From positions 37,976 through 101,975 of the forward strand of contig ONEL01000002.1 in assembly GCA_900316835.1 (NCBI GenBank): a stretch of 64,000 nucleotides of DNA, in the 5' to 3' direction. This document shows, one piece after another, positions 44,811 to 53,826 of the stretch. The translations under genes and the position numbers were made by a program. This stretch comes from an uncultured Prevotellaceae bacterium (GTDB lineage Bacteria > Bacteroidota > Bacteroidia > Bacteroidales > Muribaculaceae). Within the stretch, counting starts at the first letter, position 1; each line of letters begins with the position of its first letter. A model generated the notes under the pieces. The model saw only the letters and a list, made by a program, of their open reading frames with translations. It had not been told where the DNA came from and made no database searches.

Positions 44811-45499
44811 ATGACCAGCAATACATAGAATCATTACTCGACTTGTTCATGCAAGGCTCTACCACTCTTGAGCAAGAAAGGGAGTTGAGCAATTATTTTG
44901 CTCATGCGCAGTCAATCCCACCGGAATGGGAACCTTACAAGGAAATGATGGCCTACTTCGACGACGGAATGCCAGTAATTACCGAGCCTGTCAAGCGACG
45001 TCATTTCGCTCCGGTGTGGTGGACAGCGATTGCCACGGCGGCAGTCGTCACTATAATTATTGCGGTAGTACCACAGTTGAGTCGAGACCCCATTCAGCGA
45101 GTGGCGCCCCAGGCTAGTGTCATCACAGCTGACACTGATGAGACAGTGCCAAGCGACACTGTGGCGCCGACAACTGTTTCTCCCAGCGGCCCCATTATAG
45201 CTAAGGTTGAAAAAGAGACCTCCAGCATTGCGCCACAGGGCATCAAGCACTCACACAAATCTAGAAAACGTAGCAGCAATAATGAAGCTCGCAAAACAAA
45301 GCTCAATGTTGCCGATGTGGAGCGTGCGCAAGGGGATATTGAACAGGCTCAGCAAGAACTCATGGCCGACATTCTCATTATCGAGCAAGAGCAGCAAGAG
45401 GTGATTCGTGAGCAATATGCCAGTCGTGCACAGGTATATCAGGCACAGCAAGCTGTGGCTAACGAGGCTCCACAATTCATTCAAGTAGTATTTAAGTAG
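44807..45499 (+). CDS. putative anti-sigma factor (single-pass membrane protein)
   Basis: 4-nt overlap (ATGA) with the sigma gene. There is one TM helix (WWTAIATAAVVTIIIAVV) after a ~65-aa cytoplasmic N-domain. Confidence 0.5.
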   Translation: MNDQQYIESLLDLFMQGSTTLEQERELSNYFAHAQSIPPEWEPYKEMMAYFDDGMPVITEPVKRRHFAPVWWTAIATAAVVTIIIAVVPQLSRDPIQRVAPQASVITADTDETVPSDTVAPTTVSPSGPIIAKVEKETSSIAPQGIKHSHKSRKRSSNNEARKTKLNVADVERAQGDIEQAQQELMADILIIEQEQQEVIREQYASRAQVYQAQQAVANEAPQFIQVVFK

Positions 45500-45528
45500 T
45501 TGTTAAATCAAAAAAATATAGAACACTT

Positions 45529-46500
45529 ATGAGACAGTTGTTTATAACAATCGCTTTAGCGGCAATAATGGCAATACTTGCCGCAGTGGGATGTGCCGCA
45601 CAAGACAATGTGGCAAGTGCCTACAATAAATTTTCACAATGCGTCGATGGCGAGTTCACGACAATGAGCAAAGCTATTAACTATCGAGACATCGACTCGG
45701 GTGAAATAATTGGAGAGTGCGAGGTTAAGCAATTCAAGTTGCCTGCCGGTAAGGGTAATTATATTAAAAACTTGACTCGAGCCATGGCTCATGATAGCGA
45801 CAATGCCTATCACAGCGCTTCGGGCAAGGCAGGGAATAAGGGTGTGACCTATGCCATCGCCTACGGCACCGGAAAGAATGACTTTGAACTAATAGGTGCC
45901 GACAACGATATGGACTTCATGGTGGTGTGCTTCAAGGACAAGCTGCATAGCGACAATCGCATCAGTTATGCGGTTGAATGGAGACAGGACGAGGATAATT
46001 GCTACACGGGCAAGATTTATAAAATCTATGGTAAGAAACCCGATGAATATCAGTCGAGAAAGACAATGATATTTAAAGGAATAGGCAAGAATGGTTTCAC
46101 CCTCAGTGCTGACAGCCTCATGGACCTGAGCAGCCTAAAAAAATTAAAGAGTGTGTCTCCACAACTGGAGATGCTGGGGGAACAGCTGGGAAATGGCATG
46201 GCTTCGAAAGTTCTCACTCAGGTAAACGATGAGATAAATAATAATACGACTTGGCTAACTACATTCGCAATGTACTGCAACAAGTTCAAGGACAAAGTGA
46301 AACAATCTCCCACTAAAGGGGCAACTTATGCCACCGAAATCCTTGAGATGTGCAAGCAGGCCAATGGCGTGATAACCGATAGCGAGAAGAAATTGTGTGT
46401 CAAGAGCCTCAAGGAGTGCCAGCGGTGCAGCGACGACACCTTTGTCACAGGTTTGCTCGACGAGGCTATCAACTGGCTCAGTGGCAAGTACAAGAATTAG
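45529..46500 (+). CDS. hypothetical lipoprotein/secreted protein of the ECF module
   Basis: 323 aa with signal/lipobox ILAAVGC. It is on the same strand, 29 nt after the anti-sigma-like gene. Confidence 0.5.
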   Translation: MRQLFITIALAAIMAILAAVGCAAQDNVASAYNKFSQCVDGEFTTMSKAINYRDIDSGEIIGECEVKQFKLPAGKGNYIKNLTRAMAHDSDNAYHSASGKAGNKGVTYAIAYGTGKNDFELIGADNDMDFMVVCFKDKLHSDNRISYAVEWRQDEDNCYTGKIYKIYGKKPDEYQSRKTMIFKGIGKNGFTLSADSLMDLSSLKKLKSVSPQLEMLGEQLGNGMASKVLTQVNDEINNNTTWLTTFAMYCNKFKDKVKQSPTKGATYATEILEMCKQANGVITDSEKKLCVKSLKECQRCSDDTFVTGLLDEAINWLSGKYKN

Positions 46501-46720
46501 TGACGTTTTTCCCTTCATTTCTTGCAACAAAAAGGTGCCCGATTGCGTCTAATAATTAAGTGGCAGGCTGAGCGCGTTGCAACCACTAAAAAGCGCACCG
46601 GCACTAAAGATAAAACAAAGACTGTAAACCACTATAAACCTGACGATAAACCCGTGATGGGCACACCCTGAAGCAGTGAGCAGTTTTTGTGATTAAACTT
46701 CAAAACAAATAAACAAAGAA

Positions 46721-46753
46721 AGATAGCGTCCTCGTAATACAAGGGCGCTATCT
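46721..46753. terminator. bidirectional intrinsic terminator
   Basis: AGATAGCG..CGCTATCT hairpin flanked by an A-rich (46701..46720) and a T-rich (46754..46762) tract. It lies downstream of the M16 gene stop (46804) on the minus strand. Confidence 0.5.
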
Positions 46754-46803
46754 TAATTTTCTTAGTGGTCTATAAAGCTAGTGAGCTTAGACGCTAATTA
46801 ATA

Positions 46804-49725
46804 TTATTTGCGTTTTTTGCCTTTAGCTTTTTTTGCACCTTTTTTTGCGGTTGCCTTTTGAGTTGTGGCTTTCTTAGCGGGTTGTGCCTTGGCAGGCTCT
46901 TGAGCAACGCCCTCGGGGTTCATAGTAACCTCGATGCAGTTGTTGCTCTTAACGAGAGTTTCCTTGACAAACTTGCTAACGTCGGCAGCAGTAACCTTGT
47001 TGACTGCCTCTTTGTAGCCATTCTGGGTGTCGACGTTGAAGGCTTTATACATGTTCAGCACGTTAACCCAGTGAGCGTTGCTCTTGGCATTGGTGTCATA
47101 GTCCTTGAGCATTTTCTCTTTAATCTTTTGCAGAGCGTCGGCCTCGATTTGACCATTGGCAACATCGTTGATTGACTCACGCATGATGTTGATAACGAGG
47201 TCTTTCTTCTCGGGCTTCATCGACACGTAGGTCAGAGCCTGGGTGAAAGGCTTGTCACCCTTTATTGTCATGCCAGCGCTTCCATGAGGAGAGTAGGCGG
47301 CACCTTCGTCCTCGCGAACCTTCTTGAGAAGGATTACGTCAAGCACTTGACCGGCAATGTCGGCCTTGATGTCGTTCTCCATAGTGTAAGGAGCGTCATA
47401 GCTGTGCCACATCACGAGCGAAGTGGTTTGAGGTGTTTCCATAGCGCGTGAGAACACGTTCTTAACGTTACCTGCCGCAACTTTGGCTCCTTCTTTGAAG
47501 TTCTCCTTCACGCCAGGCTGTGCTGGCAGCGAAGCGATGTATTGCTCGATGAGAGGCTTAATGACGTCCTCGTCGAAGCTACCCACGAAGTAGAAGGTAA
47601 AGTCGGCAGCATTGGCTGTGCGCTCTTTAGCGATCTCAATCACGCGGTCGTAGTTCACGTTCTTGATGTCTTCAAGGTTGAAAGGCTTCTCGCGCCAGTC
47701 GTGGTTGTAGGTTGTTGTTTGGATACTGTCGCTCAGGGCAGCGTCGGGATTGCCGCTCTTGTTCTTGAGCTGAGTCTCAACAAACGACATGTAGGTTGAT
47801 GTGGCCTTCTCGTCCTTGGTGAGGGCGGTGAAGTAGAGGTAGTTGAGCTGGAACATAGTTTCCAGATCCTTCTTGGTAGAGTTACCGTTGAGGCGCTCAT
47901 AGTTGGTCGTGAGGCTAAGGTCTACGTTGGCGTTCTTACCGGCGAGAGCTTTCTCGAGCTCATTGCTTGAGAAGTTTCCTAAGCCTGAAGCGGCAACTAC
48001 GAGGTCAAACATCTTGCAGTTGGCCCAGTCCTTAGGACCATAGAGAGAGCTACCGCCCTTAGACTCGGCATAGTAGCGAATCTCGTCGTCCTTGAAATCG
48101 GTCTTCTTGAGGATAACAGTGGCACCATTGCTCAGGGTTAGCTCCTTGAAGCCAAGCTTGGTGTTCTCGGTCTCGCTAACAATCTTGCCAGGGGTGGGCA
48201 ACTCGGCGATGAGTGGCTCGTTCTTAACATTGTCAACATAAGCCTCGAGCTTGGCGGCCTGTGCTGCGTCGATAGCGCCCTTGAGAGCTTCCTTAGTGGG
48301 CAGAACCACACCTTCCTTGTCGGGGTTGAAGTTCATTACCACCAGGTTTGAGTCATTGGTAGGCATCATCTGTTCCATGAGCTGGTTGATCATTTCAACC
48401 TGGATGTTGGGGGCAATCATGCTCATCATTTGGTGTTCCCACTCAATAGAAGGATAAGGCTCTTTCTCGAGGAAGTTAGAGCAATATTCACGGCCAAAGC
48501 GGTCGTTATTGATTTGATTGCGGTTGTTGAACTGCTTCTCAAGGCTGCTCATGTACTCATCTTTCGCGCGAACGTACTCAGTGGCGGTGAAGCCGTGTTG
48601 CGAAGCGCGCAGAGCCTCTTGAGTGACAACTTGTACAGCATCGGTACTCTTGCCGTCTTTGGGCAGAACGATAAGGTTGAAAGCGTCTTTAGTCTTGGCA
48701 AAGATGTAATTGCCATAGTTGGCACCAGCCTGCAGATAAGGACAGTCGGGCTCCAAGGCTTTCTCTTCGAGGCGCTTGTTGAGCATGTCGCAAGCCATGT
48801 TGATGGCATATTTCATTACCATGTAGCTGATGTCGCCTTTTATCTCATCGGGGATTGGGTCATTCTTGTACATAACTTGAATGATGTTGTACTGCTGTTC
48901 CTTGTCCTTGTCGATGACAAAGATGGGCTCGGCATTGTCGGGCACTTCGATGTCAACCACCTGGGCTGCATCGGCGGCGGGACCTGGGATAGAGCTGAAC
49001 ATCTCCTTAATCTTGGCCTCGGTGCGGTCAACGTCGATGTCACCAACTACCACGATAGCCTGATTGTCGGGGCGATACCACTTGTGGTAGTAGTTGCGAA
49101 TCTCGTCATACTTGAAGTTGTCGACAACGCTCATCAAGCCGATGGGCATGCGCTTGCCATATTTCGAGCCTGGATACAGGGTCTCGAGGTTGCGCTCAAA
49201 CATGCGCTGGCTAGCGCTAGAGCGAACGCGCCATTCCTCGTGAATCACGCCACGCTCCTTGTCGATCTCGTCGCCCTCAAGTAATAGACCGTTTGACCAG
49301 TCCTTGAGGATGAGCAAGCACGAGTCGATGGCGCTCAGGCGAGTGCTGGGCACGTCGTTGATGTTGTAAACGGTTTGGTCCACGCCAGTGTAGGCATTCA
49401 GGTCACGACCAAACTCCACTCCCAGTGAGCGGGTGTAGTCAATAACGCCGTTGCCGGGATAGTTCACAGTGCCGTTAAAGGCCATGTGCTCCAGGAAGTG
49501 GGCAAGACCACGCTGGCTTTCCTCCTCCTGCAGTGAACCCACACGCTGAGCGATGTAGAAGTTCACGCGGTGCTCTGGCCAGTTGTTTTGCTTGATGTAA
49601 TAGGTTAACCCATTGTCGAGCTTACCTTTACGCACTGACGGGTCGTTCTCGATAGGCATTGATTGTGCCATTGAGCCAAGTGCTACCAGCATCATGGCTG
49701 CCATAAAGAATTTTCTCAATGTCAT
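46804..49725 (-). CDS. M16 (pitrilysin/insulinase) family zinc peptidase, two-domain, secreted
   Basis: 973 aa with a signal peptide and the inverted zincin motif HFLEHMAFNGT. The C-terminal tail AKKATTQKATAKKGAKKAKGKKRK is lysine-rich. Confidence 0.9.
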   Translation of the reverse strand: MTLRKFFMAAMMLVALGSMAQSMPIENDPSVRKGKLDNGLTYYIKQNNWPEHRVNFYIAQRVGSLQEEESQRGLAHFLEHMAFNGTVNYPGNGVIDYTRSLGVEFGRDLNAYTGVDQTVYNINDVPSTRLSAIDSCLLILKDWSNGLLLEGDEIDKERGVIHEEWRVRSSASQRMFERNLETLYPGSKYGKRMPIGLMSVVDNFKYDEIRNYYHKWYRPDNQAIVVVGDIDVDRTEAKIKEMFSSIPGPAADAAQVVDIEVPDNAEPIFVIDKDKEQQYNIIQVMYKNDPIPDEIKGDISYMVMKYAINMACDMLNKRLEEKALEPDCPYLQAGANYGNYIFAKTKDAFNLIVLPKDGKSTDAVQVVTQEALRASQHGFTATEYVRAKDEYMSSLEKQFNNRNQINNDRFGREYCSNFLEKEPYPSIEWEHQMMSMIAPNIQVEMINQLMEQMMPTNDSNLVVMNFNPDKEGVVLPTKEALKGAIDAAQAAKLEAYVDNVKNEPLIAELPTPGKIVSETENTKLGFKELTLSNGATVILKKTDFKDDEIRYYAESKGGSSLYGPKDWANCKMFDLVVAASGLGNFSSNELEKALAGKNANVDLSLTTNYERLNGNSTKKDLETMFQLNYLYFTALTKDEKATSTYMSFVETQLKNKSGNPDAALSDSIQTTTYNHDWREKPFNLEDIKNVNYDRVIEIAKERTANAADFTFYFVGSFDEDVIKPLIEQYIASLPAQPGVKENFKEGAKVAAGNVKNVFSRAMETPQTTSLVMWHSYDAPYTMENDIKADIAGQVLDVILLKKVREDEGAAYSPHGSAGMTIKGDKPFTQALTYVSMKPEKKDLVINIMRESINDVANGQIEADALQKIKEKMLKDYDTNAKSNAHWVNVLNMYKAFNVDTQNGYKEAVNKVTAADVSKFVKETLVKSNNCIEVTMNPEGVAQEPAKAQPAKKATTQKATAKKGAKKAKGKKRK

Positions 49726-49882
49726 AGTTTTTGAAATGGTTACAAATGATAGTTATATTGTATTATATTTTTTGATTTTCATCAATTAAACCCACAAAGA
49801 TAGTGAATTGTTGTTAAATACAAGGTGTTTACTTTATTATTTATTGTTAATTTGTGATTATATGGTGTGACATGCGTCATAA

Positions 49883-50506
49883 TTACTTCTCGTTGGTGCT
49901 GGTGATTTGCTTCAGTTGGTCAATAATGTCATTATTGGTGCGTTGCATCTTGCGGAAGATGAACCATGAGACGATTCCGCCTATCACGCCTCCCACGGCA
50001 ACTGCTATTGCCATGATGGCGATGACCAGGTTGTGGTCGGGGAGCGCGCAGCCAGGGTCGGTTTTAAGCACGAGTTCGACGATGAACCACGCCAGCCAGA
50101 TGGTAACAAATATCAGCCCTATAATGAACCACGAAGTGCGCTGTTTTTTCATCTTCACCAGTCGCTTGCTGGTCTCCACCAGGTCTCCACTCAGCAGCTG
50201 GCCCTTGGGGATGCGGTTGATGATGAAGTCGCCAGTGGCGTCGGCGATGAGCCCTATAGCCAGGAAACCGTAGAGCCACCACGATAGCCCTGTGCCGGCA
50301 TGAAACACAGCCATGCCAAGTAGCATGATGGGTATTATTATAATCTCGCCCCACACAAAGCTCTTTATCCACGAGAGCTTGCTTTTCATGGTATTGCGCA
50401 CCAGCTGGTCGTTGATGATTTGTTGCTTATTGAGCTTGTCCTTGAAGATGGACATTTGCTCGCGCAGCTGCTCAAGTTCGTTGATGTTATTATTGTTTGT
50501 TTCCAT
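49883..50506 (-). CDS. hypothetical membrane protein downstream of the ECF sigma gene (possible anti-sigma/partner)
   Basis: 207 aa. A coiled N-terminus (NINELEQLREQMSIFKDKLNKQ) is followed by about four TM helices. It sits 18 nt after the sigma gene. Confidence 0.5.
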   Translation of the reverse strand: METNNNNINELEQLREQMSIFKDKLNKQQIINDQLVRNTMKSKLSWIKSFVWGEIIIIPIMLLGMAVFHAGTGLSWWLYGFLAIGLIADATGDFIINRIPKGQLLSGDLVETSKRLVKMKKQRTSWFIIGLIFVTIWLAWFIVELVLKTDPGCALPDHNLVIAIMAIAVAVGGVIGGIVSWFIFRKMQRTNNDIIDQLKQITSTNEK

Positions 50507-50524
50507 GTTCTACTATTATCTAGA

Positions 50525-51007
50525 TTAATTGTCGTTCATTTGTTTTAATTGTTCACGTATGCGCACCAGTCTCACTCCCACAGCCTTGGCGGTGATGCCC
50601 ACCACGGCAGCGATGTCGTCGTAGCTCATGTTCTCGAGCCATAGAAGCACGATGGCGCGGTCGAAGGGCTGCAAGCGGCTGATGCGCTGGTGCAGCAGCT
50701 TCACCTGTCGACTTTGCTGGTCGTTCTCGTCAAGGAAGTCGCGATCGATTGTCAGTGGCACGGTGTCCACTCGGCGTTTCTTCTTGCGATCGCTGCTGAT
50801 GCAAGTATTCAGTGCGATGCGCCACACCCACGTGCCTGTGGCGCTGCGCTGCTCAAAGCTTTCCATGCCGTTCCACAAGTTGATGAGCGTTTCCTGAAAC
50901 AGGTCGTTCACCTCGTCTTGGTCATTGGAGAACATGTAGCACACCGAGTAGATGGTGCTCTTGTGCTCCTGCAGCAGTTGCCTGAAATTAGATTCGTTTT
51001 TTTCCAT
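50525..51007 (-). CDS. ECF-type RNA polymerase sigma-70 factor
   Basis: Region 2 (DEVNDLFQETLINLW) and the region 4 HTH (MSYDDIAAVVGITAKAVGVRLVRIREQL). GCGTCTAA lies on the minus strand at 51031..51038, upstream of the ATG. Confidence 0.85.
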   Translation of the reverse strand: MEKNESNFRQLLQEHKSTIYSVCYMFSNDQDEVNDLFQETLINLWNGMESFEQRSATGTWVWRIALNTCISSDRKKKRRVDTVPLTIDRDFLDENDQQSRQVKLLHQRISRLQPFDRAIVLLWLENMSYDDIAAVVGITAKAVGVRLVRIREQLKQMNDN

Positions 51008-51090
51008 TTTTATCTCTTGTGTTACACCTGTTAGACGCAGTAAAGTTACAAAAACTACATTAATATCAATTTTTTTTCAGAAAAATTGTT

Positions 51091-51098
51091 TATCTTTG
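51091..51098 (+). promoter_or_regulatory. candidate -7 box TATCTTTG for the Ldt-SH3-Ldt genes
   Basis: Matches TAnnTTTG, ~32 nt upstream of the ATG at 51130. Confidence 0.4.
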
Positions 51099-51129
51099 TA
51101 AGCAATAAAATAATCAATTATAATAAGAT

Positions 51130-51756
51130 ATGAAAAAAATATTCACCTTACTGTTGCTTGGATGTCTTGTGGTGGGTGTCAAGGCGCAAATTGTTGATGC
51201 CAGCCACGCCACACATGCCACCGACAAGGCTGTCTATTACCAAGCTCCTCAAGTGGACAAGAAGAATACCTTTATTGTGATTTCTAAAAAAGAGCAACGT
51301 CTCTATGTCTACGGCACAGTGGCAGGCGATACCTTGTTGCTGGCTAAGTATCCAGCGTGCCTGAGTCTCAACAAGGGGCAAAAACAGCGCCGGGGCGACA
51401 TGAAGACTCCATCATGCCCTGCAAGCAAGCCTTTCTATATCAAGGCAATCAAGCCAGCTTCATCGTGGTATCACGATTTTAAGGATGGCCGTGGCAGCAT
51501 TAAGGCCTATGGCGCGTGGTTCTTGAGCCTGCACACACCGGGGCATTCGGGAATTGGCATTCATGGTAGCACTAACAACGAGAAGTCGGTGCCAGGACGC
51601 GCTAGCGAGGGATGCATACGCCTGCGCGACCCCGATATTATCCAGCTCAAGGAGCGCTATGCTCACCTCAACATGCCAGTCATTATCAAGGACGAGGACG
51701 AGGACGCATGGCGCTGGGAACTCAAGGCTCACAAGAAAGCCGTGCCTGTGAAATAA
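51130..51756 (+). CDS. L,D-transpeptidase (YkuD domain)
   Basis: Signal peptide, then the catalytic motif GIGIHGSTNNEKSVPGRASEGCIRL. Confidence 0.85.
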   Translation: MKKIFTLLLLGCLVVGVKAQIVDASHATHATDKAVYYQAPQVDKKNTFIVISKKEQRLYVYGTVAGDTLLLAKYPACLSLNKGQKQRRGDMKTPSCPASKPFYIKAIKPASSWYHDFKDGRGSIKAYGAWFLSLHTPGHSGIGIHGSTNNEKSVPGRASEGCIRLRDPDIIQLKERYAHLNMPVIIKDEDEDAWRWELKAHKKAVPVK

Positions 51757-51788
51757 TTGAATAGTAACCTCAATAAATTTTTAATGTT

Positions 51789-52313
51789 ATGAAAAGAACA
51801 AAATTTTATCGCATTGCCATGCTAGCCGTCATGCTAGTGGCATGGGTGGGAGCTTCGGCTCAAACGGTGGTGTGTACAGCTTCTAATGTGCGCTTGCGCA
51901 CAGGTCCATCAACTAGCTATCCCATGCTGGTGTGGACAGCTTCTAACAAGCCGGTGTATATCAACAAGGGGCAGTCGCTCACCTATCTGGGTAACGACAG
52001 CCAAGACTTCTATAACGTGCAGTTTGATGGTAAGAGCGTCTACATTGCCAAGAAATATGCCCGTCTTGTTTATCCCGACAAGGATGTGGCATCGCCAAGT
52101 GGCAAGAAAGTAGTCGTGGTCAATGGCGACAATGTGCGCTTGCGCTGGGGAGCTTCGCTCAATGCGACTATCTATAGCGACAATCGCGGCAAAGCGATCT
52201 ATCCGAGCAAGGGTGATCGCCTCAACTACCTGGGGCAGACGGGCGACTGGTACAAGGTGAGCTACAATGGCAACACCCTCTACATCAGCAAGAAACACTG
52301 CTATTTACAATAA
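51789..52313 (+). CDS. secreted protein with two bacterial SH3-like repeats
   Basis: Signal peptide. There are two similar halves (ASNVRLRTGPSTSY...YNVQFDGKSVYIAKKY and GDNVRLRWGASLNA...YKVSYNGNTLYISKKH). Confidence 0.65.
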   Translation: MKRTKFYRIAMLAVMLVAWVGASAQTVVCTASNVRLRTGPSTSYPMLVWTASNKPVYINKGQSLTYLGNDSQDFYNVQFDGKSVYIAKKYARLVYPDKDVASPSGKKVVVVNGDNVRLRWGASLNATIYSDNRGKAIYPSKGDRLNYLGQTGDWYKVSYNGNTLYISKKHCYLQ

Positions 52314-52328
52314 ATCGGGGAGACGAGA

Positions 52329-52964
52329 ATGAAGCTTTCATGCATTTCTCTTGCGCTTGTCGCACTGGCGGCAATAATGCTTCAAGCCACGGCTTGCTCG
52401 GGTAAGCAGGAGGGCTCTGGCAAGAGTGTGGATTCAACCACGACAGCCGTCGCCGATCAATACAAGGACATCTATCACGGCAGTTACGACAAGGACAAGT
52501 CGTTTATTGTAGTTTCTAAGAAAGACCTCAAGCTCACCGTCTATGCTCAGGTGAATGGTGACACTGTGCCTGTGGCGCAGTTCCCTGTGTGCCTGAGTCT
52601 TAACAAGGGACAAAAGGAGAAGGAAGGTGACATGCGCACTCCCGAGAGCGAGCCAGGCTCGCCGTTCGTTATCGATGCCATCAAGCCTGCCAGCGACTGG
52701 ACTCATGACTTTGGCGACGGACGCGGTGCTATCCTCGCCTACGGCGCTTGGTTCTTGCGACTGGTCACCCCCGGGCATCATGGCATTGGCATCCATGGCA
52801 GCACTAACAACGAGAACTCTGTGCCAGGGCGCGCCAGCGAGGGATGCATACGCCTGCGCGACCAGGACATCATCACTCTCAAGGAGCAGTATGCCTGGGT
52901 GGGCATGCCTGTCATCATCAAGCAAGAAGAACAGGGGCTGAAATCTTTTGAAATAAAACACTGA
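52329..52964 (+). CDS. L,D-transpeptidase lipoprotein (paralogue of 51130..51756)
   Basis: Lipobox LQATAC. It carries the same core GIGIHGSTNNENSVPGRASEGCIRL and long blocks identical to the first copy. Confidence 0.85.
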   Translation: MKLSCISLALVALAAIMLQATACSGKQEGSGKSVDSTTTAVADQYKDIYHGSYDKDKSFIVVSKKDLKLTVYAQVNGDTVPVAQFPVCLSLNKGQKEKEGDMRTPESEPGSPFVIDAIKPASDWTHDFGDGRGAILAYGAWFLRLVTPGHHGIGIHGSTNNENSVPGRASEGCIRLRDQDIITLKEQYAWVGMPVIIKQEEQGLKSFEIKH

Positions 52965-53071
52965 TTGCACATCGACATGCTGCCGCATGTGATTTTATAA
53001 GCATTTTTTATTGTTATCATGGTGGGCCAAGCTACCAGGAATAATAAAAAATGCTTATCTTTGCACTTGTG

Positions 53072-53722
53072 ATGGAAACCAGGCGTAAAGGATATATAGA
53101 ACAACTTATCACACAAGGTGAGCACGTGCATCAGGATTTTAAGTATCAAATTACCGATGCGCGCAAGATAGCACGCTCTATAAGCGCGTTTGCCAACAAC
53201 AGTGGCGGACACCTGCTGGTGGGCGTCAAGGACAATGGCAGCATTGTGGGAGTGAGTAGTGATGAGGAGATTTACATGATTGAGCAGGCGGCGCAAATGT
53301 ACTGTCAGCCTGAGCAGCAGGTGAAATTTGAGGTGTTTCGTGTGGCAGGGAAAAATGTGCTCAAGGTCGATATTGATGAGGCAAAAACCAAGCCCGTAAA
53401 AGCCCCCGACGACAATGGTCACTGGCGTACCTACTACCGCGTTGCCGATGAGAACGTACTCGCCAGCTCCACTCATGTGAAGGTCATGAAAAGTACTACC
53501 ACTGCGGTGCCACAAGACGTGGTGATAAATCTCACCGAGAAGGAAGAACTGCTACTTGACTACTTGCAAAGCCACGGTGGCATTACCATGAGCGGATATG
53601 AGCGACTTGCTCACATCTCATTTTTTATAGCCCAGCGCACTGTGGTCAAGCTGTGCGAGATGGGTATAGTGGAACTTCAGTATCACAACGGGCAGTGTGT
53701 AATTACATCTACTAAGGAATAA
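53072..53722 (+). CDS. AlbA_2 (Schlafen-type) putative DNA-binding domain protein with a C-terminal wHTH-like region
   Basis: The pattern EHVHQDFKYQITDARKIARSISAFANNSGGHLLVGVKDNGSIVGV is typical of AlbA_2 domains. The start is moved to the ATG at 53072 because a TATCTTTG box (53056..53063) lies inside the longer track ORF. Confidence 0.55.
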   Translation: METRRKGYIEQLITQGEHVHQDFKYQITDARKIARSISAFANNSGGHLLVGVKDNGSIVGVSSDEEIYMIEQAAQMYCQPEQQVKFEVFRVAGKNVLKVDIDEAKTKPVKAPDDNGHWRTYYRVADENVLASSTHVKVMKSTTTAVPQDVVINLTEKEELLLDYLQSHGGITMSGYERLAHISFFIAQRTVVKLCEMGIVELQYHNGQCVITSTKE

Positions 53723-53751
53723 TTTCATCGAGCTCACGTTAAGTGTGCTTC

Positions 53752-53805
53752 TTAAAAAAACTATCCCCCCTTCTCTTTTAACAGTAAAGTAAATAGAGAA
53801 GGGGG
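53752..53805 (-). terminator. intrinsic terminator of metK
   Basis: CCCCCTTCTC (53766..53775) pairs with GAGAAGGGGG (53796..53805). On the minus strand it is followed by a T-run (the plus-strand A-run at 53754..53760). Confidence 0.55.
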
Positions 53806-53826
53806 AATATTAGGTTTGCGCGTTTC

